DNA from: Myxococcota bacterium
Lineage (GTDB): Bacteria; Myxococcota_A; Polyangia; Polyangiales; Sandaracinaceae
Assembly (NCBI GenBank): GCA_036149055.1
Contig: JAYZQJ010000227.1
Coordinates: forward strand, 64,001 to 128,000
Length of the DNA stretch: 64,000 bases
Reading direction: 5' to 3'
Shown here: positions 1 through 9,212 of the stretch, in pieces
Layout of the letters: every line of letters begins with the position of its first letter
Position numbering within the stretch: the stretch's first letter is position 1
Notes under the pieces: generated by a model
Told to the model about the DNA's origin: nothing
What the model saw: only the letters and a program-made list of their open reading frames with translations
The model's database searches: none
Program-made: the position numbers and the translations under genes

Positions 1-1
1 C

Positions 2-2644
2 GTGGCCACCCAGCGCGTGGTCCGCACCCTCTCGGGCGACGCCGCCGTCACCGTCGTGATCTCACGCGACTGCGGCGACGTGAGCTGCCCCGGGCCCCTC
101 GACGACGCGGCGGCGACGAGCTGCCGCGGCGGACGCTGCGCGCCGCCCGAGTGCACCCCGGAGACCCCCGAGCGCTGCCCGGAGCCGGCCTGCGACGACG
201 ACACGGACTGCGACGTCGGCGTCGACTGCGTGGCCGGGGTCTGCGCCGACGGCGTGTGCTTCCGCTCGGCCCAGGACTTCCGCTGCGCCGACGGCGAGTG
301 GTGCGACCCGGACCAGGGCTGCGCGCCCCTGCCGGGCGGGCCGACCGACGGAGGCGTGCCCCCCGACGCCGGCTGCGCGGCGACGGTGGAGACCTCCTGC
401 GCCGACGGCGTGGACGACGACTGCGACGGCGACGTCGACTGCGCGGACGACGACTGCGACGGCCGGACCTGCGCCGCCGACTCCGTGTGCGCGGCCGGGG
501 TCTGCGGCGGGTGCGTGCCGAGCGGCGGGGTCGACGGCTGCGGCGGCGGCGACGAGAACTGCGACGGCGAGATCGACGAGGACTGCGGCTGCGTCCCCGG
601 CAGCTGGATCGGCGGCACGATCGACACCCCCGGCGACGTGGGCCGCTACGCCGACGTCGCGCTCGACGCGGCCGGCGGCGTGCACGTGAGCTACCGGGAC
701 AGCAGCGCCGACGACCTGCGCTACGCCTACCACCCCCCGAGCGGCTGGTGGACGATGGAGACGCTCGACTCGGAGGGAACGGTCGGCACCCACACCGACG
801 TCGCGGCCGAGCCCGATGGATCCCTGCACGTCGTCTTCCACGACGCGACCAACCGCGACCTCCGCTACCGGCACCGCCGGGTCGACGGCGTGTGGGAGGA
901 GGCGGTCATCGACGCGGTGGGCAGCGTCGGGCGCTACGGCAGCGTCGCCGTCGCCGACGACGGCACCGTGCACGTGGCCTATCAGGACTACGGCGCGAAC
1001 GACCTGAAGTACGCCGTGCGGCCGCCCGGGGGGCTCTGGAGCGCGGAGACCGTCGCCGACGCGGGCACGGTGGGCCGCTACGCCTCCATCGGCGTGGACT
1101 CCGGCGGCGGGGTGCTCATCGCCTACGTCGACGACTCGACGAACGACCTGGTGGTCGCCGAGGGGAGCGCGGGCGCGTTCACCCTCACCACCGTCGACTC
1201 GGAGGGGACCGTCGGCCGCGACGCGGCGCTCGCGATCGACGGCGCGGACGGCGTGCACGTCGCCTACCGCGACGCCACCAACAACCGGCTGAAGTACGCG
1301 CGCCGCGTCGCCGGCGGAGCCTGGAGCGTCGAGGTCGTCGACGAGACCGCGAACGTGGGCGAGTACGCCTCCATCGCGGTCGGGGCCGACGGAGTCGTGC
1401 ACGTCTCCTACTTCGACACCACCAGCGACGACCTCCGGTACGCGCGCCGCGACGGCTCGGGCGCCTGGGGCCTCGAGACGGTCGAGGCCACCGGCGCGGT
1501 CGGGCAGTACACCTCGATCGGGGTCGACGGCGCGCAGGTGCACATCGCCTACCGCGACGCCTCCCGCCAGGACCTCCGGTACGCCCGCCGCGGCGCGGAC
1601 GGCCGCTGGCGCGCCGAGCCGGTCGACACGGTCGGTCGCCGCGGGGAGTGGGCGGCGCTGGCGGTCGACGGCCGGGGGCGCGTGCACGTCACCTACTGGG
1701 ACGAAGACGGGGCGGACCTGCGCTACGCCAGCCGGGGCCGCGGCGGCATCTGGGAAGCCGAGACGGTGGACACGCCGGGCAACCTGGCCGCGGGCACCGC
1801 GATCGCGATCGCGCCCGACGGGGCCGTGCACATCGCCTACCGCGACTCGAGCGCGGCCGACCTCGAGCACGCCACCCGCGCGCGCCCGACCGACCCCTTC
1901 GTGCTGACCACGGTCGACGAGATCGGCGACGTGGGCGACGAGGCCGACCTCGTGGTGGAGGCGGACGGCACGGTGCAGATCGCGCACGTCGACCGGAGCA
2001 ACCAGGACCTGCGGCTCTCGACGCTGCCGCCGGGCGGCGCGTGGAGCTCGAGCACGATCGACGCGCCGGGGAGCGTGGGGTACGGGCCGCGGATCGCGAC
2101 CGATCCGAGCGGCGGGCTGCACGTGATCTACTACGACAACGGCGCCGACGATCTGCGCTACCTCTTCCGGCCGGCCGGCGGCGCCTTCGCCAGCCCGAGC
2201 CCGGTGCTCACGACCGGGAACGTCGGGCGGCGGAGCGGCCTCGCCATCGACGGAACCGGCGGCGTGCACGTGGTGGCCTGGCGGCAGTCCGTGCAGGACC
2301 TCGAGTACGCCTTCCGCCCGTCCGGCGGCCTCTGGTCTCCGGAGACGATCGTGCAGGCGGCCGCGATCCAGGACCACGCGGACATCGCCTCCGACGCGGC
2401 CGGCAACCTCTGGGCGGTCACCTTCGACAACACCCCCGAGGTCGTCGGGATGCGCGTGGTGCCTCGCTCCGATCTCCTGCTCGCGCGCCGCCCGGTCGGC
2501 GGCGCCTGGACGGTCGAGACGCTGGACGCGACCGGCGACGTCGGCCGGTGGGCCGCGGTCGCGAGCACCCCCGACGGCTGGGTGCACGTCGTCTACTTCG
2601 AGAACGGCGCCGACGACCTCCGGCACCTCCGCTACTGCCCCTGA
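2..2644 (+). CDS. Surface protein, 5'-truncated: Cys/Asp-rich N-terminal region followed by 14 repeats of ~48 aa (probable beta-propeller)
   Basis: ORF open at the window edge; DDDCDG motifs; 14 copies of VDxxGxVGxYxxIAVDxxGxVHVxYxDxxxxDLRYA. Confidence 0.8.
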   Translation: MATQRVVRTLSGDAAVTVVISRDCGDVSCPGPLDDAAATSCRGGRCAPPECTPETPERCPEPACDDDTDCDVGVDCVAGVCADGVCFRSAQDFRCADGEWCDPDQGCAPLPGGPTDGGVPPDAGCAATVETSCADGVDDDCDGDVDCADDDCDGRTCAADSVCAAGVCGGCVPSGGVDGCGGGDENCDGEIDEDCGCVPGSWIGGTIDTPGDVGRYADVALDAAGGVHVSYRDSSADDLRYAYHPPSGWWTMETLDSEGTVGTHTDVAAEPDGSLHVVFHDATNRDLRYRHRRVDGVWEEAVIDAVGSVGRYGSVAVADDGTVHVAYQDYGANDLKYAVRPPGGLWSAETVADAGTVGRYASIGVDSGGGVLIAYVDDSTNDLVVAEGSAGAFTLTTVDSEGTVGRDAALAIDGADGVHVAYRDATNNRLKYARRVAGGAWSVEVVDETANVGEYASIAVGADGVVHVSYFDTTSDDLRYARRDGSGAWGLETVEATGAVGQYTSIGVDGAQVHIAYRDASRQDLRYARRGADGRWRAEPVDTVGRRGEWAALAVDGRGRVHVTYWDEDGADLRYASRGRGGIWEAETVDTPGNLAAGTAIAIAPDGAVHIAYRDSSAADLEHATRARPTDPFVLTTVDEIGDVGDEADLVVEADGTVQIAHVDRSNQDLRLSTLPPGGAWSSSTIDAPGSVGYGPRIATDPSGGLHVIYYDNGADDLRYLFRPAGGAFASPSPVLTTGNVGRRSGLAIDGTGGVHVVAWRQSVQDLEYAFRPSGGLWSPETIVQAAAIQDHADIASDAAGNLWAVTFDNTPEVVGMRVVPRSDLLLARRPVGGAWTVETLDATGDVGRWAAVASTPDGWVHVVYFENGADDLRHLRYCP

Positions 2645-3703
2645 TCAGCGCTGCAGCAGGCGGCGGAGCGAGGAGGGCAGCGGCGGGGCGTTGCGCACCC
2701 GGGAGTCGATCGGCGTGCTGCTCAGCGTGTGCCAGTAGAGCAGGCGACGCTTGGCGAGCCCGCCCGAGGCGTGCCGCAGCACCGCGGCGAAGGTCTTGGC
2801 GGTGTAGGTGTCGTCGAGCTCGATCCCGGCGTGCTCGTGCATGAGCCGCAGCGCGCTCCGCCCGGCGCTGCTCGGGATCCCGTAGCCCTGCCCGGCCTCG
2901 CCGTGATCGATCCGCACCTGCGCGCGCGCGAGCTTCGTGACGTCCGGGAAGCGGGCGTCGAGGCGGCGGAGGTGCTTGACGGTGCGCTTCACCAGCGACG
3001 CGATCAGGGCCGGGTGGGCGAGCGAGCGCGGCACCACGCGGACGCCGTGCACCGGGGTGGTGATGCCGCCGGCCGCGAGCCCGACCGCGAGGCCGCTGAG
3101 CGTGCCTCCGGTCCCGAGCGCGACGAAGATGGCGTCCGGCTCGGGCATCTGCCCGGCCTCGAGCTGGCGCGCGAGCTCGAGCCCCGCCTCCACGTAGCCG
3201 ATCACGCCGGCGACGTTCGAGCCGCCGGGCGGGATCACGTAGGGGTGGCGCCCCCGGACCCGCAGGCTCGCGGCGAGCGCGGTCATGCGCGGCACGATCG
3301 CGGCGCCGCCACCGACCGGGTGGGCGTGCGCGCCGGCGACCTGGAGCGCCCGCAGGTTCTCCTCGGCGTGTACCCCGTAGCGCTGCGGCATCAGCACCGC
3401 GTGGGTCTGGAAGCCCAGATCCGCGCCGTACAGGGTGGTCGCGAGCGCGTGGTGAGAGCCGGCCGCCCCGGCGGTGACGAGCGTGTCCGCCTTGCGGGAG
3501 AGCGCGTCGCCGAGGAGGTACTCGAGCTTCCGCACCTTGTTGCCGCCGTAGTGCTCGGCGCTGAGATCGTCCCGCTTGATCCAGAGCTGCGCGCCCGCGT
3601 GCTTCGACAGCGCGGGCAGCCGCTCCAGCGGCGTGGGCAGCCGGCAGAGACGCACATGGGGCACGTTCCTCAGGCCGTGCCATCGATCGCTCAGGATCGT
3701 CAC
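2645..3703 (-). CDS. D-cysteine desulfhydrase / ACC deaminase family PLP enzyme
   Basis: PTPLE, IKRDD, GGNKVRKLE (PLP Lys), IPPGGS, ALGTGGTLSGL, YTAK motifs. Confidence 0.9.
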   Translation of the reverse strand: MTILSDRWHGLRNVPHVRLCRLPTPLERLPALSKHAGAQLWIKRDDLSAEHYGGNKVRKLEYLLGDALSRKADTLVTAGAAGSHHALATTLYGADLGFQTHAVLMPQRYGVHAEENLRALQVAGAHAHPVGGGAAIVPRMTALAASLRVRGRHPYVIPPGGSNVAGVIGYVEAGLELARQLEAGQMPEPDAIFVALGTGGTLSGLAVGLAAGGITTPVHGVRVVPRSLAHPALIASLVKRTVKHLRRLDARFPDVTKLARAQVRIDHGEAGQGYGIPSSAGRSALRLMHEHAGIELDDTYTAKTFAAVLRHASGGLAKRRLLYWHTLSSTPIDSRVRNAPPLPSSLRRLLQR

Positions 3704-3768
3704 CGTGCGGGAGGGTCGCCGCCCGCTCGCGATCCGGCAAGGGGGAACTGGACTGGCACAGCTTGGCG

Positions 3769-3784
3769 CGGCACGATCGTTGCT
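3769..3784 (+). promoter_or_regulatory. Putative sigma-54 (-24/-12) promoter
   Basis: CGGCACGATCGTTGCT fits YGGCACG-N4-TTGCW, about 30 nt upstream of ATG 3815. Confidence 0.65.
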
Positions 3785-3814
3785 CGACCACTGCTCGTGG
3801 GTGGAGAGCAGCCG

Positions 3815-5374
3815 ATGACAGAACGCAACGCGCTACGGCACCCGGCCTTCTGGGTCGCGCTCGTCGTGCTGGTGGTGAACGACCACCTGCTCAAGGGGGC
3901 GGACCTGCTCCCGGGCTGGCTGACCGGCAAGCTCAGCGACTTCGCCGGGCTGATCGTCGCGCCGCTCGCGCTGGCCGCGCTGCTGGGGGCGCGCCGCAAG
4001 GGCCTCGCCTTCGCGCTCGTGGGCGGCTGGTTCGCCGCCGCCAACCTCGTGCCCCCCGTCGCCGAGGCGACGAGCGCGCTCGCCGGGCTGGTGGGCGTCG
4101 GCTGGCACTTCGTGGTGGACCCGACCGACCTCGTCGCGCTCGCGGTGCTGCCCTTCGCGTGGCGCCTCGGCGCCGAGCGGAGCGGCCGCAGCTTCGAGCG
4201 GCTGGCGCTCGGGCTGGCCGTCGCCGCGTCGATCGCGTCGCCGACGCCGGAGCCCTTCTACAGCACCGCCGCGTACCTGGTGAACGACACCGACCGGACG
4301 CTCGAGGTGCGGGTGCGCTACGTCGACTCCTCGGTGCGCTGCGACGAGGTCCGCGAGCGCTTCGACGAGGTGCTGGCGCGCGACGCGTATCGTCCGGCCA
4401 TCCGCTTCGTCGTGGAGGCGGGCGAGGTGCTGCCCCTCGATCGCGGGATCGCGACGTCCGGCGGCGGCGGCTTCGCGGACCCGGGCCTCCCGCCCGAGCG
4501 CCCGGTGGACCCGACCACCGCGCACCAGGGCGACTGCGACCTGGTCATCCTCGGCGCCGAGGGGCTGCCGGAGACGATCGTGTTCTGGGAGGGGCTGTCG
4601 ATCCGCACCATCCCGATCGACACCACCGGGGACCGACGCCTCCAGCTCGAGGACAGCGGCCTGTTCCTGATGGACGACGCGGACGGCGGGCTGCTCGTCG
4701 ACGTGCCGGACACCCACTACGACCTCCGGCCTCCCGTCGACGTGTACGACGGGGGCGCGCGCTGCCGCGACTACGGCACGATCAGCGGCTTCGACTGGTC
4801 GAGCTTCCCGATGTGGCGCGACGCCCGGATCCGGGTGCTCGAGGTGGAGCCCACCGTCGACGGCTGCGTGTCGCTCGCGCTCGAGGACCTCGACGCCGGC
4901 GGGACCCACGAGGGTTTCCTCTGCGTGCCGCCCGAGGACTTCCCCTTCGCGCGCAACGCGGAGCTCCGGATCACGCACCAGGAAGATCGTCTGCACGTCG
5001 TGCGCGACCTCGAGACCGCCGACGGCGACGTCTGGCGGACCGGCGAGCTGACCGTCTACCGCGGCGTCGAGGGGCTCACCGATGGGCCGTTCCAGGTCAC
5101 CCTCGACACGGTCGACGACGCGTGTGTGGGCGTGCGCATGGAGTGCGGCGGCTTCCGGGTGCCGGCGGCCGCGGTGCTGGGGGTCCCCGGGGATCACACG
5201 TTCGTGCACCCGGGCGACGTGCTGGAGAGAGACGCGGCCGATGGCCGACGCGCGCGGCTCAGGGTGGGCCGAGCGGAGAGTATGTGGGCGACGCACCCCG
5301 CTTGTGGGGCGGGGCGTGACGTCCTCGGACCGCGCCTCGAGGCGCTGGTCGTGTACGGAGAGGAGAGACGATGA
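3815..5374 (+). CDS. Hypothetical protein: N-terminal multi-TM domain plus large Cys-containing soluble domain
   Basis: ATG 3815 after GGAGAG; hydrophobic N-terminus (LVVNDHLLK, TGKLSDFAGL, DPTDLVAL); stop overlaps next ATG (ATGA). Confidence 0.75.
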   Translation: MTERNALRHPAFWVALVVLVVNDHLLKGADLLPGWLTGKLSDFAGLIVAPLALAALLGARRKGLAFALVGGWFAAANLVPPVAEATSALAGLVGVGWHFVVDPTDLVALAVLPFAWRLGAERSGRSFERLALGLAVAASIASPTPEPFYSTAAYLVNDTDRTLEVRVRYVDSSVRCDEVRERFDEVLARDAYRPAIRFVVEAGEVLPLDRGIATSGGGGFADPGLPPERPVDPTTAHQGDCDLVILGAEGLPETIVFWEGLSIRTIPIDTTGDRRLQLEDSGLFLMDDADGGLLVDVPDTHYDLRPPVDVYDGGARCRDYGTISGFDWSSFPMWRDARIRVLEVEPTVDGCVSLALEDLDAGGTHEGFLCVPPEDFPFARNAELRITHQEDRLHVVRDLETADGDVWRTGELTVYRGVEGLTDGPFQVTLDTVDDACVGVRMECGGFRVPAAAVLGVPGDHTFVHPGDVLERDAADGRRARLRVGRAESMWATHPACGAGRDVLGPRLEALVVYGEERR

Positions 5375-6927
5375 AGAACCGACTCGTGTTGGCGCCCCTG
5401 CTCGCGCTCGCGGCGCCCGTGATGGGCTGCAGCAGCGACGCCCCCGGCGCGGCCTCGCTGCCGCCCGAGACGATGGGCCCGATCCCGTCTCGCACGGTGA
5501 CGCAGGGCGGCGCACAGGACATCGGCTTCTTCCGTTCGCAGGTGGGCGCGGGCGAGGTCCCGCGGCCCGACGCGATCGAGCCGGTCGGCTTCTTCGCCGA
5601 GCACGCGGTGGATCTGCCGCCCGCGGACTGCGGCGACACCGTCTGCCTCCACGCCAACCTCGCGGTGGCCCCGGGCATCGACCGGGAGTCCAACTGGACG
5701 ATGGCCTTCGTCGCCATGAACACGCCGGTCGACCCGCGTGAGCTCGAGCGGCCCGAGACCCACGTCGTGCTCGCCATCGAGGACACGACCCGCTCGGCGA
5801 CCGTCGCCGCCCACGCGCACCGGCTCCTCCGCGCCCTGACCGCCGAGCTGCTCGCCGGCGACCGGGTCAGCGTGGTCCGCATCGGTGAGTCGGCCCAGGT
5901 CCTCGCCGAGGGCCTCGCTCCCAGCGATCCCGCGCTCGCCGACGCCGTCGGCGGCCTGACCGCGACCGACGCGCGGGCCGCGCTCTACGACGGCCTCGCC
6001 CGGGCCGCGCAGCTCACCGACGGGCTCGAGGGCTTCGGCGGCGCGCACCGGGTCGTGCTCGTCACGAGCGGCGTGGCGGACGCGGGCATCACCGACGACA
6101 TGCGCATCGTGGCCCTCGGCGAGGCCCTCGCCGGCCAGGGCACCGGCGTCAGCGTCGTGGGCGTGGGCGAGGGCTACCGGCCCGAGCTCGCCGCGCAGAT
6201 CAGCGAGGGCGGCGGCGGCTCGTACTACTACGCGCAGGACGGCGACGACCTCGAGGAGATCTTCCGCCTCGAGGGCCGCACCTCGCTCTTCCCGCTCGCG
6301 ACCGGCTTCGAGCTCGTGGTCACCCCCTCTCCCGGCTACCGCGTCGGCCGCATCTACGGCGCGCGGCGCGCGTGGGCCGAGGAGGCGGGCGCCCACCTGG
6401 CGAGCCCGGTGCTCATGGTCGGCAACCGGACCGGCGCCGAGGACGTCACCGAGGGTCGGCGCGGCGGCGGCGGCGGCCTCTTCGTCGAGCTCATCGCGGA
6501 CGCGACCTCGGGCATGGGCTCGGGCGCGCCCGCCTTCATCGTGACCGGCACCTGGACCGACGCCCAGACCGGCGAGACGGTGGAGCAGAGCCTGACGGTC
6601 GCGAACGGCCTCGCCCCCGGCGAGAACCCGGGCGGCATGTTCCCGCACTTCGCCGACCCGCTCCGCGGCAAGGCCTTCATGATGCTGAACATGTACCTCG
6701 CCTTGCGGGCGACCACCGAGCTCTACCACGGCGGCAACTGCCCCGAGTCGCTCGGCATCGAGCCCGCGCTCCTGGCCACCTACGAGGGCTGGCAGGCCGA
6801 GTACGACGATCCCGACATCGACGCGGACTGGGCGCTCCTCACCGCGCTCTCCGACAACGTCCAGTCCCGCTGCGGCGCCGTCGAGCCGGCCCCGCCCAAC
6901 GTCCCCATGTCCTGCTTCCACGACTGA
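5371..6927 (+). CDS. VWA-domain lipoprotein
   Basis: Lipobox-like VMGC; VWA-like segments (RVSVVRIG, RVVLVTSG, VSVVGVG, GGGSYYY); MIDAS looks degenerate (EDTTRS). Confidence 0.75.
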   Translation: MKNRLVLAPLLALAAPVMGCSSDAPGAASLPPETMGPIPSRTVTQGGAQDIGFFRSQVGAGEVPRPDAIEPVGFFAEHAVDLPPADCGDTVCLHANLAVAPGIDRESNWTMAFVAMNTPVDPRELERPETHVVLAIEDTTRSATVAAHAHRLLRALTAELLAGDRVSVVRIGESAQVLAEGLAPSDPALADAVGGLTATDARAALYDGLARAAQLTDGLEGFGGAHRVVLVTSGVADAGITDDMRIVALGEALAGQGTGVSVVGVGEGYRPELAAQISEGGGGSYYYAQDGDDLEEIFRLEGRTSLFPLATGFELVVTPSPGYRVGRIYGARRAWAEEAGAHLASPVLMVGNRTGAEDVTEGRRGGGGGLFVELIADATSGMGSGAPAFIVTGTWTDAQTGETVEQSLTVANGLAPGENPGGMFPHFADPLRGKAFMMLNMYLALRATTELYHGGNCPESLGIEPALLATYEGWQAEYDDPDIDADWALLTALSDNVQSRCGAVEPAPPNVPMSCFHD

Positions 6928-7037
6928 GTTTGCTGGGCAGGGGCGGGTCCGCCCCCGCCCCCCCGCTGCGCCGGCACAACGGCGCGCGGCTCCGGGCGCA
7001 TCCGCGCCCTACGCACGCGCCGCTGCACCGGCTCCGC

Positions 7038-7204
7038 GGGGCCCCCCCTACCCACTCCGCGCGCGTCGCTCCGCTCGCGCGCGACCCCAGCGCGGGGCGC
7101 TGGGTCCCCTGCGGCTCGCGCTCGCGCTGCGCGCGAGCTGGCCGCCCGCTGCCGCGGGATCGAACCCGACGCGTCGCGCGTGCGGCGACCTCGCTCCGCT
7201 CGTC
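7038..7204 (+). repeat. Dispersed structured element, family A, copy 1
   Basis: Core 7080-7146 is 62/67 nt identical to the reverse complement of 42427-42493; flanking motifs also shared. Confidence 0.85.
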
Positions 7205-7260
7205 GCCTTCCGTGATCGCGCTCGGACTACGGCGTGGGCTCGACCTCGGGGGCGGGCCCA

Positions 7261-7458
7261 GGCTCGGATCCGGACTCGGATTCGGATTCGGACTCGGACT
7301 CGGATTCGGGCTCGGATTCGGGCTCGGATTCGGATTCGGGCTCGGACTCGGGCTCGGATTCGGACTCGGACTCGGACTCGGGCTCGGATTCGGACTCGGA
7401 CTCGGGCTCGGATTCGGGCTCGAATTCGGACTCGGACTCGGGCTCGGATTCGGATCCG
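7261..7458. repeat. Hexanucleotide tandem repeat GRYTCG, about 33 units
   Basis: In-phase run of GGCTCG/GATTCG/GACTCG units. Confidence 0.95.
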
Positions 7459-7479
7459 GGGCTCGGATCCGGCGAACGA

Positions 7480-8030
7480 GCAGCGGACCGAGCCCCGGCG
7501 AGCCGCCATCCCGCTGCCCGCCAGCCCCTTGGCGGCTTGGCGCCTTTGCGAGAGCCAACTTCGAGCTCGACGCCGATTCGCCCAAGAAGCAGCGGACCGA
7601 GCCCCGGCGAGCCGCCATCCCGCTGCCGGCCAGCCCCTTGGCGGCTTGGCGCCTTTGCGAGAGCCAACGTCGAGCTCGACGCCGATTCGCCCAAGAAGCA
7701 GCAGACCGAGCCCCGGCGAGCCGCCATCCCGCTGCCGGCCAGCCCCTTGGCGGCTTGGCGCCTTTGCGAGAGCCACTTCGAGCTCGACGCCGATTCGCCC
7801 AAGAAGCAGCGGACCGAGCCCCGGCGAGCCGCCATCCCGCCGCCCGCCACGACCTCTGCGCCTCTGCGACTCTGCGAGAGACAAATTCGAACCCAACGCT
7901 GATTCGCCAGACGAGCAGCGGACCGAGCCCCGGCGAGCCGCCATCCCGCTGCCGGCCTGCCCCTTGGCGGCTTGGCGCCTTTGCGAGAGCCAACTTCGAG
8001 CTCGACGCCGATTCGCCCAAGAAGCAGCGG
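7480..8030. repeat. Tandem array of ~109-bp units (5 units plus the start of a sixth), family B
   Basis: Unit starts (GCAGCRGA) at 7480, 7589, 7698, 7806, 7915 and 8024; unit 4 diverged. Confidence 0.95.
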
Positions 8031-8167
8031 AGCCCACTCCGATTCAACGCTGATTCGGCTCGGGGCGGCTGGGTTTGGGGTGTCGCGTCCTCGGTTCCGT
8101 GGAAACATCTCGGAGCGGGGGAAGTGGTTTGACGGTGACGGTGGGCGATCCCAGAGTCGGGCGAGCG

Positions 8168-9208
8168 ATGCTGGCGCGGCGGGAGGGAAGTTGGCTCTGG
8201 GAGGTGCGTTCCCTGGTGGACGAGCGCCTCGCCGCCTTCTTCGACGCGAAGCGCAGCTCGGCGGCCTCGCTGGCCCCCGAGGCGGTGGAGCTGGTCGAGG
8301 CGGTCGCGATGCTGACCCTCCGCGGGGGCAAGCGCCTGCGGCCCGCGCTGCTGGTGGCCGCCCACCGCGCGGTCCGGCCGGAGGGGCGCGCGGACGAGGT
8401 GACGGACGCGTGCGCGGCGCTCGAGCTGCTGCAGTCGTACCTGCTCATCCACGACGACTGGATGGACCACGACGAGGAGCGGCGCGGCGGTCCCTCGGTG
8501 CACGTCGCGCTGCGGGAGGCCCACGGCGGGGACCCGCACCTCGGCGCGAGCCTCGCGATCCTCGCCGGCAACCTCGCGTCGGCCCAGGCGTGGGACCTGC
8601 TGGCCGGCGGCGCGTGGCCGGCGGAGACGAAGGCGCGCGCGATCGCCGTCTTCCTGGAGATGCACCAGGAGGTGGTGTTCGGGCAGCAGCTCGATCTGCT
8701 CGCGAGCGAGAACGTCTCCCTGATGCAGCAGCTCAAGACCGGCAGCTACACGGTGCGCGGCCCGCTCCTGCTCGGCGCGGCGCTCGCCGGCGCGGGAGAG
8801 GCGGAGCGCGCGGCGCTCGAGGCGTACGGCAACCCGCTCGGCGAGGCCTTCCAGATGCGGGACGATCTCCTCGGCACCTTCGGCGACCCGCGGGCCACCG
8901 GGAAGCCGGCGGGCGGCGACATCCGGGCCGGCAAACGGACCGCGCTCGTGCGGGCGGCCGAGGAGCGTGCCTCCCGGGCCGACCTCGACGCGTTCCGGGC
9001 GGTGCTGGGCCGGGCGGACGCCTCGGACGCGGACGTCGCGGGCGCGGCGGAGCTCCTGACCGCGTGCGGGGCGAAGGCGGCGGTCGAGGCCCGCCTCGGG
9101 GCGCTCCTCGACGAGGCGCGGGCGGCGCTCGACACCCGCGCGCTGAGGGCTCCGGGCACGGAGATGCTCTCGGAGCTGGCGAATCGCCTCGCAGTCCGCG
9201 ATAGATGA
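8168..9208 (+). CDS. Polyprenyl diphosphate synthase (FPP/GGPP synthase family)
   Basis: GGKRLRP, LIHDDWMD, RRGG, GQQLD, KTGSYT, FQMRDDLLG; start chosen at ATG 8168. Confidence 0.9.
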   Translation: MLARREGSWLWEVRSLVDERLAAFFDAKRSSAASLAPEAVELVEAVAMLTLRGGKRLRPALLVAAHRAVRPEGRADEVTDACAALELLQSYLLIHDDWMDHDEERRGGPSVHVALREAHGGDPHLGASLAILAGNLASAQAWDLLAGGAWPAETKARAIAVFLEMHQEVVFGQQLDLLASENVSLMQQLKTGSYTVRGPLLLGAALAGAGEAERAALEAYGNPLGEAFQMRDDLLGTFGDPRATGKPAGGDIRAGKRTALVRAAEERASRADLDAFRAVLGRADASDADVAGAAELLTACGAKAAVEARLGALLDEARAALDTRALRAPGTEMLSELANRLAVRDR

Positions 9209-9212
9209 GCCC

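Noticed and set aside
2645..3703. Functional link between the desulfhydrase-family enzyme (possible H2S source) and the rhodanese chemoreceptor
   Set aside because: The genes are 28 kb apart with unrelated genes between them; nothing in the sequence supports a link.
7480..8030. Possible CRISPR array
   Set aside because: Units are homologous along their whole length with no unique spacers, and no cas genes are in the window.
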